DNA of 64,000 nucleotides from Leptogorgia sarmentosa (taxonomy: Eukaryota). Both the position numbers and the translations under genes were made by a program. The notes below the pieces were generated by a model. That model was not told where the DNA came from and did no database searches. It worked only from the letters and a program-made list of their open reading frames with translations. This document shows positions 24,592 to 34,283 of the stretch, in pieces; within the stretch, counting starts at the first letter, position 1; each line of letters begins with the position of its first letter. The stretch lies in contig OZ210885.1 in assembly GCA_964658305.1 (NCBI GenBank), forward strand, positions 7,564,001 through 7,628,000. The letters are read 5' to 3'.

Positions 24592-24662
24592 GCGTTGGTG
24601 GTTCAGTGGTAGAATTCTCACCTGCCACCCTTGAGACCGGGGCTTGATTCACAGGAAACGCA
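24592..24662 (+). pseudogene. tRNA-Gly(GCC) pseudogene
   Basis: 5' half intact, anticodon and T stems broken. Confidence 0.8.
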
Positions 24663-24886
24663 GAATGTTTTCATTTTGTTGCATTTCAATTGCAACTCGG
24701 GAAAAAATGTGAGTTCGTAACACAGACATGATCTCGAAATTGTAACTCGCCATGGCCCGGGTTCTATTCATCGGATTCACTTCAAGGTCAAACACTTGTG
24801 GCGATCCTGTCACTCAAAATTTTCTTCGAAATTCAAATTAAAAATATTATTGTTATTTTCACATTCCGAGAAAAGATAAATGTTTC

Positions 24887-24958
24887 TCCCATGTGGTCCA
24901 GTGGTCAGGATCTGGCGCTCTCACCGCCAAGGCCCGGGTTCGATTCCCGGCATAGGAA
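24887..24958 (+). tRNA. tRNA-Glu(CTC)
   Basis: TGGCG CT CTC AC CGCCA; one acceptor mismatch. Confidence 0.9.
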
Positions 24959-25165
24959 TATTACTTGCGAGAGAAGGGGAAAAATGCAATTTGAAAAATT
25001 AGCAAGGCCATTGTTATTATGCTAGCTCTATCCCTCTTACCCATTCATGTTTAAAGTGTAACTATTTCCTAGAACTTATTCTAAATTTTTATTTGAAGGT
25101 GTTTGGTGTAAATGATCGGCATCATGTGGAATATGAACATTATAACGAAATGATTGGATAACTTT

Positions 25166-25236
25166 GCGTTCGTGGTTTAGTGGTAGAATTCTCGCCTGCC
25201 ACGCGGGAGACCGGGGTTCGATTCCCCGCCAACGCA
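25166..25236 (+). tRNA. tRNA-Gly(GCC), two substitutions
   Basis: Inverted paralog of 21978-22048. Confidence 0.85.
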
Positions 25237-25281
25237 GATTAAACTGGCTTTGTAACACGGGAATGGAGAACAAGTTATCAC

Positions 25282-25344
25282 TCCCATGCAGTTTAGTGGT
25301 TAGGATCTGGCGTTTTCACCGCCATGGCCCGGGGCCAATTCCCG
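25282..25344 (+). pseudogene. tRNA-Glu(TTC) pseudogene
   Basis: Same T-arm lesion (ggggccaattcccg) as 21870-21932. Confidence 0.8.
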
Positions 25345-25482
25345 TATTATCGCATGTTTTTAATGAAATACACTCACTCCGAAAATTTTCTTTCAGGTCA
25401 CACTTCTCATACAATCTCGAGAGTTAACTTCATACGTTATAACCAATTACAAAAGAGGGAACGGATGAACACTTATTCACAA

Positions 25483-25567
25483 AGCCTCTTCAGAGATTTG
25501 AACTCTGGACGCCTGGTTTCCTAGCTGTTTTACTAAACCAGTGCTCTAACCCCTGAGCTAAAGAGGC
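25483..25567 (-). tRNA. tRNA-Thr(AGT) with 12-nt intron (25519-25530)
   Basis: CTGGT TT AGT A [AAACAGCTAGGA] A ACCAG; all stems pair. Confidence 0.8.
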
Positions 25568-25771
25568 AACTTCTTCCCCATTGAAACTAAGAATATAAAT
25601 CCAATTACGAAGTTAATTAATTTAAACTTGAATTCCCGTATTATCATGTGTTTTTATGAAATAAACTCACTTGAAAAAATTTGCTTCTGGTCACACTTAT
25701 ACAATCTGAAGAGTTAACTGCATACCTTGTAACCAATCACAAAAAGGAAATGGATGAATTCTTATTCACAC

Positions 25772-25844
25772 AGCCTCATCAGAGATTTGAACTCTGGACC
25801 CCTGGTTTACGAAACAAGTGCTCTAACCCCTAAGCTAATGAGGC
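25772..25844 (-). tRNA. tRNA-Thr(CGT), mismatched, possibly pseudogene
   Basis: CTTGT TT CGT AA ACCAG on a Thr body. Confidence 0.75.
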
Positions 25845-26211
25845 GACCTGCTAAAATCTTCCTAGCATGTTTTTTGCAACGTAGTACTCTTTCAATAGCT
25901 TTTTTATTTCTTCAGTTTTAACTCACTGAACAGCAGCACATGGAATACCATCTGGGCGTTTGTCTTCCACGTTCTTCAAAGTTTACGAAGAAAAAAAAGC
26001 CTCAACAGAGATTTGAACTCTGGACCCCTGGTTTATATTATATTACTTTCGCATCCTGCACTGATGTGATGTTTCAAAATGATAAAAATACGAGTGAAGA
26101 TTATGCGCTTGTTTTCATACTTCGTAAAACGTTACCATTTAGTCTTTGATTGATTTATAATATCGAATATATTTCAAGCTAGAAAGCGGTAGTCTGATAA
26201 CGATACTTTTG

Positions 26212-26284
26212 AGCCTCATCAGAGATTTGAACTCTGGACCCCTGGTTTACAAGACCAGTGCTCTAACCACTGAGCTAATGAGGC
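26212..26284 (-). tRNA. tRNA-Thr(TGT)
   Basis: CTGGT CT TGT AA ACCAG; intronless. Confidence 0.93.
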
Positions 26285-26387
26285 AAATTCTTCCCATTGA
26301 AACTCAGAATATAAATCCAATTACGGCATTAATTGCCGATAGCATCAGAGGCCGGCTGTACGAAATTCGATATCAACTTTATCCACT

Positions 26388-26426
26388 CAGATCAGAAGGT
26401 TAAGTGTTCAATTCACTTCAAGGTCA
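26388..26426 (+). pseudogene. tRNA-Trp 3' half
   Basis: cagatcagaaggttaagtgttcaattcacttcaaggtca. Confidence 0.75.
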
Positions 26427-26522
26427 AGCACTTCTGGCCACGCTGTCTCTCGAAATTTTCTTCGAAATTCAAATTAAAAATATTATCGTTATTTTCACAT
26501 TACGAGCAAAGATAAATGTTTC

Positions 26523-26594
26523 TCCCATGTGGTTCAGTGGTCAGGATCTGGCGCTCTCACCGCCAAGGCCCGGGTTCGATTCCCGGCATGGGAA
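26523..26594 (+). tRNA. tRNA-Glu(CTC)
   Basis: Complete cloverleaf. Confidence 0.93.
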
Positions 26595-26875
26595 TTAATA
26601 CTTGCGAGAGAAGGAAAAAATATGCAATTCTACAAATCAGCACAACCGTTGCTATTATAGTAGCTCTATCCCACTTACCCATTTTTTTGGTGTTTTCTGT
26701 ATTTAAGTCCGAATTGACATGATCTTGCTTTTCACAAAAAAATCCTTTTGCTGATCAGGTTTAAAATGTAACAATTTCCTAGAACTTACTCTGATTAATT
26801 ATTTGAATGTGTTTGGTGAAAATGCTCGGCATCTTGTGGAATATGAACATTATAGCAAAACAATTGGGCAACTTT

Positions 26876-26946
26876 GCGTTGGTGGTTCAGTGGTAGAATT
26901 CTCGCCTGCCACGCGGGAGACCGGGATTCGATTCCCCGCTAACGCA
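26876..26946 (+). tRNA. tRNA-Gly(GCC), G53 mutated
   Basis: Gly body with two substitutions. Confidence 0.8.
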
Positions 26947-27036
26947 GATTATTTTCATTTTGATGCATTTCAATTTCAACTCCAACACGAAAAACAAACT
27001 GGCTTCGTAACACAGGAATAGTCAACAAGTTATCAC

Positions 27037-27108
27037 TCCCATGTGGTCTAGTGGTTAGGATCTGGCGTTTTCACCGCCATGGCCCGGGTTCGATTCCCGG
27101 CGTGGGAA
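27037..27108 (+). tRNA. tRNA-Glu(TTC)
   Basis: Complete cloverleaf followed by a T-run terminator. Confidence 0.95.
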
Positions 27109-27194
27109 TTTTTTCTCAAAATTTCAATTTGAAGCAGCTTGTGTTCACATTTTCAAACTGGTTCTCTGAAACCAAACCATTTTAACACCGCTAC

Positions 27195-27249
27195 GACCTT
27201 GTGGCGCAATTGGTAGCGCGTCTGACTCCAGATCAGAAGGTTAAGTGTT
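27195..27249 (+). pseudogene. tRNA-Trp(CCA), 3' truncated
   Basis: TCTGA CT CCA GA TCAGA; ends in the T loop. Confidence 0.85.
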
Positions 27250-27291
27250 GAAAGTATTAATTAAGAGAGATGATATTGTCAGCGCGTCACA

Positions 27292-27373
27292 GGTAGCGTG
27301 GCCGAGTGGTCTAAGGCGCTGGTTTAAGGCACCAGTCATTTCGTTGGCGTGGGTTCGAATCCCACCGCTGCCA
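27292..27373 (+). tRNA. tRNA-Leu(AAG)
   Basis: CTGGT TT AAG GC ACCAG, long variable arm. Confidence 0.93.
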
Positions 27374-27429
27374 AACTTTCGTTGTTCATCGACGTTGTGG
27401 TTGATTGAGCTGATATAAATTTCAAAACG

Positions 27430-27795
27430 CAGGGGCGCCGGAAGCTACCTGAAGCGGCGGGGGCAGCCAATTAAAAAGGGCACCTTTTTCTAGACATTAA
27501 ATGTTCCTGTGCGGTAATGTTCGGTAAGATTTTCCTATATGGATACTGGACCACACTGCAGAAGATGTTTTTACATAAAATAAGTTCGATCCGATTTTTT
27601 TTTACGTATTACTTTACATCGAATTATAATTAAGAAACACAATTACATCTGTTAACGCTAATAATGCATGATTAATGAAATATCCTTCATATCCTCCATG
27701 TGGAAAAGGGCAACGAGTTGCCCCCGCACTGCCCCCGCACCGTAAGGGAAACGGGGGCAGCTGCCCCCGCTGCCCCCGTGCTTCCGGCGCCCCTG
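27430..27795. mobile_element. hAT-type MITE (366 bp)
   Basis: TIR CAGGGGCGCCGGAAGC / GCTTCCGGCGCCCCTG; perfect 8-bp TSD TCAAAACG. Confidence 0.92.
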
Positions 27796-27843
27796 TCAAA
27801 ACGTGATGCATCTTATCCAAATTTTGTGAAAATTCGCAATTTA

Positions 27844-28217
27844 GACCCCTATTACACTTATATTACTTACACCGGATTACTTTTCGTTCCGAATCAATTT
27901 TGACACGGATGAAAGAAATGGCAGCGATTACACTACGCCGCTCCGCTGTGGAAGACGTCTTCGTATCGTATAATGTTGGATATTTAGGGCATACAAACAC
28001 GACATTATTTGATGCACCGGAGCCTACCGGATTAGTGATTACACTTGGCTTTTCCCGGTACGGCACATACCGGATTACTTTTCGTATCACGAACGAAGCG
28101 GAGTGATTTTTGCTCCGTGTCACGTACCGGATTACAGTGGCGTAGTGTAATCAACAGCCCAATCCGGTATAAAAATCGCTCCGCTCCGATGCAATCCGGT
28201 ATAGTGTAATAGGGGCC
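27844..28217. mobile_element. PIF/Harbinger-type MITE
   Basis: TIR GACCCCTATTACAC / GTGTAATAGGGGCC, TTA on both sides, internal taccggatt repeats. Confidence 0.8.
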
Positions 28218-28475
28218 TTATCCAGCCAAAAAGAATAAAAATGATATTTTCTGATATCACCTTCTTTTGGTCGAAACTAGTTGATAGCCACAAACTATCT
28301 GATCATGGACAGAATTTTTGCATTGTATTCTAAATTCTTGATCATTTTTCACTCTTTCGGGAGTGACTTCTATAACAGAGTATCGTTTTTGTAACCAAAT
28401 AACTGAGATTTCCAAAACAACATTGTAAGAGACATTTGCTACGTTATCCAACGTTTCAAATGCCTAGTTCAATAC

Positions 28476-28547
28476 AGGTTCTGCCGAGACTTGAACTCGG
28501 ACCACTGGATTCAAAGTCCAAAGTGCTAACCATTACCCCTCTGAACC
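28476..28547 (-). tRNA. tRNA-Gln(TTG), degenerate
   Basis: TTGGA CT TTG AA TCCAG; 5' acceptor and D region mutated. Confidence 0.75.
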
Positions 28548-28688
28548 TTAACACGTTAAAGTCAAAGATCCAATTTGTTTAACGTTTCTTCCTTTCTTTG
28601 ATACAAAGATATCACGTTTGACAAAGGTCCGTGAATTGATTATAGCTGCGTTTGATATGTGCGTATAATTAACCCAGTAGTCAACACA

Positions 28689-28760
28689 AGGAGTGTAGCT
28701 CAGTGGTGCTCTATTCCACTGCAGATCGAGAAGTCGGTGGATCAAATCCGCCCACTCCTA
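28689..28760 (+). pseudogene. tRNA-Cys(GCA) pseudogene
   Basis: Inverted paralog of 23812-23883 with D-stem and T-loop damage. Confidence 0.8.
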
Positions 28761-28981
28761 CTTATCATACCTATAAACTGGAAAACTTCCAAATTCTTTA
28801 AAGCAGGCTGATGGGAAATATGCGACCCAAAGAGTTGAGATGCATATACTACGATTCGTGTTAAATCTATCCACCAATTAAATAAACCACTATCCTATCC
28901 ACCACTAAAATATTTTCTTGGATTTTACTGGAAGAATGAAAATTTATTCATTTCGAAGTGGAAGCGATGTTTAATGCCAAT

Positions 28982-29063
28982 GTGGTCGTCGTCGAGTGGT
29001 TAAGGCGACAGACTAGAAATCTGTTGGGAAATTCCCGCGCAGGTTCAAATCCTGCCGACTACG
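28982..29063 (+). tRNA. tRNA-Ser(AGA)
   Basis: Full length, few 5' substitutions. Confidence 0.85.
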
Positions 29064-29313
29064 GAAGAGCAAATTTCCAGAATGTATTTGGCAAAATTTT
29101 GGTGTTATGGGTGGTTATGATTTGGGTGTAGGAGAAAAAAAAAAGTTATAAAAAGAAGTTGTCGAAGAAACTTTTTTAAAACAAAGTGTTCAACTTCTAA
29201 CTGGAGTCCGAAGGACGAGTGCTATTTGCGGTTTTCGGAAAACTCACGAATGTATGTTATTAAATAGTAATATCCATTATTTTTACATTTCTTTTGGGAA
29301 AGTTTTTGAGTTG

Positions 29314-29319
29314 GTTTCT

Positions 29320-29363
<44 letters not shown>

Positions 29364-29387
29364 TTGGTTCGAGTCCAACCTGGGACG
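29314..29387 (+). tRNA. tRNA-Asn(GTT)
   Basis: Two acceptor-stem substitutions. Confidence 0.85.
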
Positions 29388-29503
29388 TGTTTGGTGTGTT
29401 CAGACGTCGTGACGGTAAATGTAACCGAATTTTTTGCGCGAGGTTTTCTAAGGACTTACGAAAGCTTTCAAAAAACAGAACGTCTTACTTGGTTAATTAA
29501 CTA

Positions 29504-29575
29504 GGGCTTGCACGGGAATCGAACCCGTGACCTCTCGCACCCAAAGCGAGAATCATACCACTAGACCAGCAAGCC
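29504..29575 (-). tRNA. tRNA-Pro(TGG)
   Basis: CTCGC TT TGG GT GCGAG, complete. Confidence 0.95.
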
Positions 29576-29686
29576 ATTGATTGTATCAAAATGTTTTCTA
29601 ATGTACTTTGTACTGACGGGGGAAAATGGGGCATTAATGTAATATCTCAGCCGTTCCAAAACACTTTCCAATCTTCCAACGACGTC

Positions 29687-29758
29687 GCCGTGATCGTATA
29701 GTGGTTAGTACATTGCGTTGTGGCCGCAATAACCCAGGTTCGAATCCTGGTCACGGCA
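29687..29758 (+). tRNA. tRNA-His(GTG)
   Basis: Complete cloverleaf. Confidence 0.95.
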
Positions 29759-29925
29759 TCTGTTTCAAACACCAAAAAGTATTGTAATCACCATTGCGGG
29801 CATCGTCACCGTTGAAGTTCTGTTTATTGTTGCCGTCGCATATGGCCTTGGCTAAAAATCAGATTTTGAACAAAAATAATATCCATTATTTTTTGTTTCT
29901 TTTCGGAAGGTTTTCAATGGAGTCG

Positions 29926-30002
29926 GTCTCTGTGGCGCAATCGGTTAGTGCGTTGTTAGGCTGTTAACCGAAAGGTTGTTGGTTCGGGTCCAACCAGGGC
30001 CG
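29926..30002 (+). pseudogene. tRNA-Asn(GTT) with 3-nt insertion
   Basis: gcgttgttaggctgttaaccgaa. Confidence 0.8.
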
Positions 30003-30268
30003 TGACGTGAGCTAATGAGGCAAATTCTTCCCATTGAAACTCAGAATATAAATCCAATTACGGCATTAATTGCCGATAGAATCAGAGGCCAGTTGTACGA
30101 AATTCGGATATCAACTTTATCCACTTGATAGTGATTTTTTCAACAGTTGTAAAAATAGACAAAATGTTGTAAAACTGAACATATGGGCGTGGCAATCAAT
30201 AAATGAAGCAGCTTGTGTTTATATTCTTAAACTCGTTCTCTGAAACCAAACCATTTTACCAGCGCTAC

Positions 30269-30341
30269 GACCTTGTGGCGCAATTGGTAGCGCGTCTGAC
30301 TCCAGATCAGAAGGTTAAGTGTTCAATTCACTTCAAGGTCA
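30269..30341 (+). tRNA. tRNA-Trp(CCA)
   Basis: Complete; in left arm of palindrome 30171-30664. Confidence 0.93.
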
Positions 30342-30493
30342 AGCACTTCTGGCCACGCTGTCTCTCGAAAATTTCTGCGAAATTCAAATTAAAAATATTA
30401 TCGTTATTATCACATTCCGAGAAAAGATAAATGTTTCTAAATAAATTTGAATTGCGCAGAAAATTTTCGAGAGACAGCGTGGCCAGACGTGCT

Positions 30494-30566
30494 TGACCTT
30501 GAAGTGAATTGAACACTTAACCTTCTGGTCTGGAGTCAGACGCGCTACCAATTGCGCCACAAGGTC
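30494..30566 (-). tRNA. tRNA-Trp(CCA), one anticodon-stem substitution
   Basis: Right arm of the palindrome. Confidence 0.88.
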
Positions 30567-30866
30567 GTAGCGCTGTTAAAATGGTTTGGTTTCAGAGAAC
30601 GAGTTTGAGAATATGAACACAAGCTGCTTCATTTATTGATTGCCACGCCCATATGTGCAGTTTTATAATCTTAAAGTAGAACTGAGAGTACCGGTTACTA
30701 GCTTGAATTATATTCGATACTATAAATCAATCAAAGACTGTAAATGGTAACGTTTTACAAAGAATTTAAACCAGTGCATAATCTTATCTCTTATTTTTAC
30801 CATTTTGAAACATCACATCAGTGCAGGATGGGAAAGTAATATAATTCTACAGCAAGCTTTTGAGTT

Positions 30867-30939
30867 GCCTCATTAGCTCAGGGGTTAGAGCACTGGTCTT
30901 GTAAACCAGGGGTCCAGAGTTCAAATCTCTGATGAGGCT
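30867..30939 (+). tRNA. tRNA-Thr(TGT)
   Basis: Complete, intronless. Confidence 0.93.
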
Positions 30940-31356
30940 TTGTTCTCTTCGAAAACTTTGAAGAACGTGGAAGACAATCGCCCGGATTGTATTCTATGTG
31001 CTGTATGTGCTGTTGAACTCTTCCGTGAATTAAAACTGATGGAATACAGAAGCTATTCGAAGAGTACTATGTTGGAAAAAAATGCTATGAAGATTTTAGC
31101 ATGTGACCAGGGGTCCAGAGTTCAATTCTCTGATCAGACTGTGGCAATAAGTATCCATCGTGAATAAGAATTCATCCATTTACTTTTTGTGATTGGTTAC
31201 AAGGTATGCAATCAACTCTCCAGTTTGTATAAGTGTCACTTGAAACAAAATTTTTCAAGTGAGTTTATTTCATGAAAACACGTGATAATACGGGAAATTC
31301 AGTTTAATTAACTTCGTAATTGGATTTATGTTCTGAGTTTCAACAGGGAAGAAGTT

Positions 31357-31388
31357 GCCTCTTTAGCTCAGGGGTTAGTAAAACAGCA
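31357..31388 (+). pseudogene. Remnant of intron-containing tRNA-Thr(AGT)
   Basis: gcctctttagctcaggggt-tagtaaaacagc: internal deletion that keeps AGT and the start of the intron. Confidence 0.7.
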
Positions 31389-31431
31389 GAGTTTGAGAAT
31401 GTAAACACAAGCTGCTTCAAATAAGAATAAA

Positions 31432-31503
31432 TTCCCACGCCGGGAATGGAACCCGGGCCATGGCGGTTAAAACGCCAGATCCTAACCACTAGACCACATG
31501 GGA
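31432..31503 (-). tRNA. tRNA-Glu body with TTA (ochre-reading) anticodon; B-box G57->C
   Basis: TGGCG TT TTA AC CGCCA; otherwise matches 27037-27108. Confidence 0.8.
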
Positions 31504-31592
31504 ATGATAACTTGTTGACTATTCCTGTGTTACAAAGCCAATTTTTTCTCGTGTTGCAGTTGAAATTGAAATGCAAAAAAATGAGAATAATC

Positions 31593-31664
31593 TGCGTTAT
31601 AGCGGGGAATCGAACCGGGTCTCCCGCATGGCAGGCAAGAATTCTACCACTGAACCACCAACGC
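31593..31664 (-). pseudogene. tRNA-Gly(GCC), degenerate
   Basis: Gly body with several substitutions and a 1-nt insertion. Confidence 0.8.
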
Positions 31665-31944
31665 AAAGTTTGGCCAATGCTTTCGTTTTGTTCTTATTCC
31701 ACAAGATGCCAAACATTTTCACCAAACACCTTTAAATAATAAATCAGAGTAAGTTCTAGGAAATTGTTTCACTTTAAACATGATCAGCAAAGTAAATATT
31801 TTTGTGGAAAAGCAAGATCATGTCAACAAAGACTTAAATACAGAAAACACCAAAAGAATGGGTAAGAGGGATAGAGTTAGTATAATAGCAACAGTCTTGC
31901 TAATTTCTCGAATTGCATATTTTTTCCTTCTCTCGGAAGTATTA

Positions 31945-32016
31945 TTCCATTGCGGGGAATCGAACCCGGGCCTTGGCGGTGAGAGCGCCAGATCCTGACC
32001 ACTGGGCCTCATTGGA
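31945..32016 (-). pseudogene. tRNA-Glu(CTC), degenerate
   Basis: Anticodon arm intact, acceptor stem damaged. Confidence 0.8.
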
Positions 32017-32112
32017 GAAACATTTATCTTTTCTCTAAATGTGAAAATAACGATAATATTTTTAATTTGAAATTGGAAGAAAATTTCGATAGCCAGCGTG
32101 GCCAGAAGTGCT

Positions 32113-32185
32113 TGACCTTGAAGTGAATTGAACACTTAACCTTCTGATCTGGAGTCAGACGCGCTACCAATTGCGCCACAAGGTC
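32113..32185 (-). tRNA. tRNA-Trp(CCA)
   Basis: Complete cloverleaf. Confidence 0.93.
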
Positions 32186-32271
32186 GTAGCGCTGTTAAAA
32201 TGGTTTAGTTTCAGAGAACGAGTTTGAGAATGTGAACACAAGCTGCTTCAAATTGAAATTATCAGAAAAAA

Positions 32272-32343
32272 TTCCCACGGCGGCAATCGAACCCGGGCCA
32301 TGGCGGTGAAAACGCCAGATCCTAACCACTAGACCACATGGGA
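32272..32343 (-). tRNA. tRNA-Glu(TTC), two 3' substitutions
   Basis: Glu body; C61 of the B box altered. Confidence 0.8.
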
Positions 32344-32468
32344 GTGATAACTTGTTCACTATTCCTGAGTTACAAACCCAGTTTGTTTCTCGTGTTGCAT
32401 TTGTGGGTTAAATTATGAACCAATGGTGAATCGTTAAGAAACGAATACAGTCATGAACAACGAATAAA

Positions 32469-32550
32469 TGGCAGCGGTGGGATTCGAACCCACGTCATCG
32501 AAATGACTGGTGCCTAAAACCAGCGCCTTAGACCACTCGGCCACGCTACC
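32469..32550 (-). tRNA. tRNA-Leu(TAG)
   Basis: CTGGT TT TAG GC ACCAG, long variable arm. Confidence 0.93.
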
Positions 32551-34283
32551 TGTGACGTGCAGAGAATATAATTTCTTTTTAGTAAACATCCACATCGTTT
32601 GAAGAGATTCCTTTCGCTATCGACGAAACGTAGAAACGTGAGACAATGGGGAAATATTGTCGTGCTAAGGTTCTGTGGTGTAATGGCTGCAGGTTCTCTT
32701 AGCTGGTAAATAACAAAAAATATATATCCCTACCTAAATTTTTATATCCCTAACTTGAAATTACAAATATTTGAAGATACTTTTGCCTGTTGTATTTACC
32801 TTATTTTAGTAGTGATTCCAGTCATTCACTACAGGGGAACCAAACACAAATTCGTTTTCATTTATTTTGTCGCTGAAATCACCGTAGATGCCATCCCAGG
32901 GCTTTGCAACTTCAAAAATTTTCTGGGGAAGAATACCCCCATAGCGTGTCACCTGCACAAGCACAAGCAGCTTAAAACACTACATAGGCATGTCAGCAAG
33001 CAAATTTAAAGAATGATATGGAAACCACATTAAGTCTTTTAACCACAAAAGTTACTCAAATGAAACAAAACTTTCGAAATATATTTGGGGACTAAAAGAT
33101 AATAAGATAGATTTCGACATTAATACGTGTTCAATAATTGAACAGTGTATTTCGTATACGGGATATATATTTCACCACTTCTAAAAACCTGGGAAGATTT
33201 TTTCATGATACGAAGATAGACTAATTCAGTAATGTAATATTGGTCAGTTTTTCAAAAGCTTCGGAAATATATCTTTCACGTGATATAATGATACGAAGTC
33301 GGACTATAATTACGTATCGTAATATTATACATTGTAGGTAAAACAGTATTATGTCAATGGACATAAAAACAAAACGCAAATGTGTCGATAGATAATCAGC
33401 AAGTAACAAGGACCGAAGTTCCTGCATCTGTGAGCTGTCAAACATGGCACTATATTCATCTAGCTAAGCCAAAGATAATGCAAAGCGACAGGGATTATAA
33501 ATAAGAGAAGGAAAATGAAATAAAGTTGGATCTAATTAACATTTTTCGGGACACTGTATGGACTGACAACTGCATACATGTATACAAACTGCTAGTAAAT
33601 ACACATTGTCTGAATGAACATGCCAAAAATTTCTGTAACGAACATGCCACCTTTGCGTCTCCTTTTTGACACAACCAACCGAAGCGCACTCCGAGTCTCC
33701 TTCTGATCTCTATGTGTGTCTGCTGTCTACCATTTCCGCACTCACGCGCCGGTCGTGAAAGAGTGCTACCCGGCAACTAGGTGAGCGAGCGCATGAAAAA
33801 AGCAGTGAAGAGAAAGTTCGCCGGTAATGTCGTCTCCCTGGAAATAAAACAACCACGTTGGTTTCAACCAGTGATGTTTGTTCAAATCCCGAGCGCTAAA
33901 TTTTTCGGATTAAGATTATCACTAAAAAACGTTTTAAAAAATAATGACAATAAGATTGTTATAAAACTACTTATTTGTTGTATCATCTGTGAAGTGATGT
34001 ATAGTTTTAGTTGATTGAGGCATTCCATCAAAGAACAAAGCTAGTGATAAAAACTTTGACAACGTGAAATCACGCATGCGCTATAAACTGAAAATTGAAT
34101 ATTACCTTCCGGGCGGCCACGTCCCGTAATCTTAAGCTCGCTTTTCTCTGTTAAAATATGGCTCGGAATAGCAAGTTAAATTGCCTCCGGGCGAAGTTGA
34201 AGAATCGAAGAATCGAAGAGTTGAAGAATCGAAGAGTTGAAGAATCGAAGAGTCAAAGAAGTGCTGTGAATTCCGTTCGTGTT

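Noticed and set aside
21694..32135. Many 60-108 aa ORFs in the tRNA cluster
   Set aside because: They overlap tRNA genes and duplicated spacers; no protein motifs
33495..33780. Possible piggyBac Cys-rich tail
   Set aside because: Only scattered Cys/His in alternative frames; no TTAA-bounded TIR found
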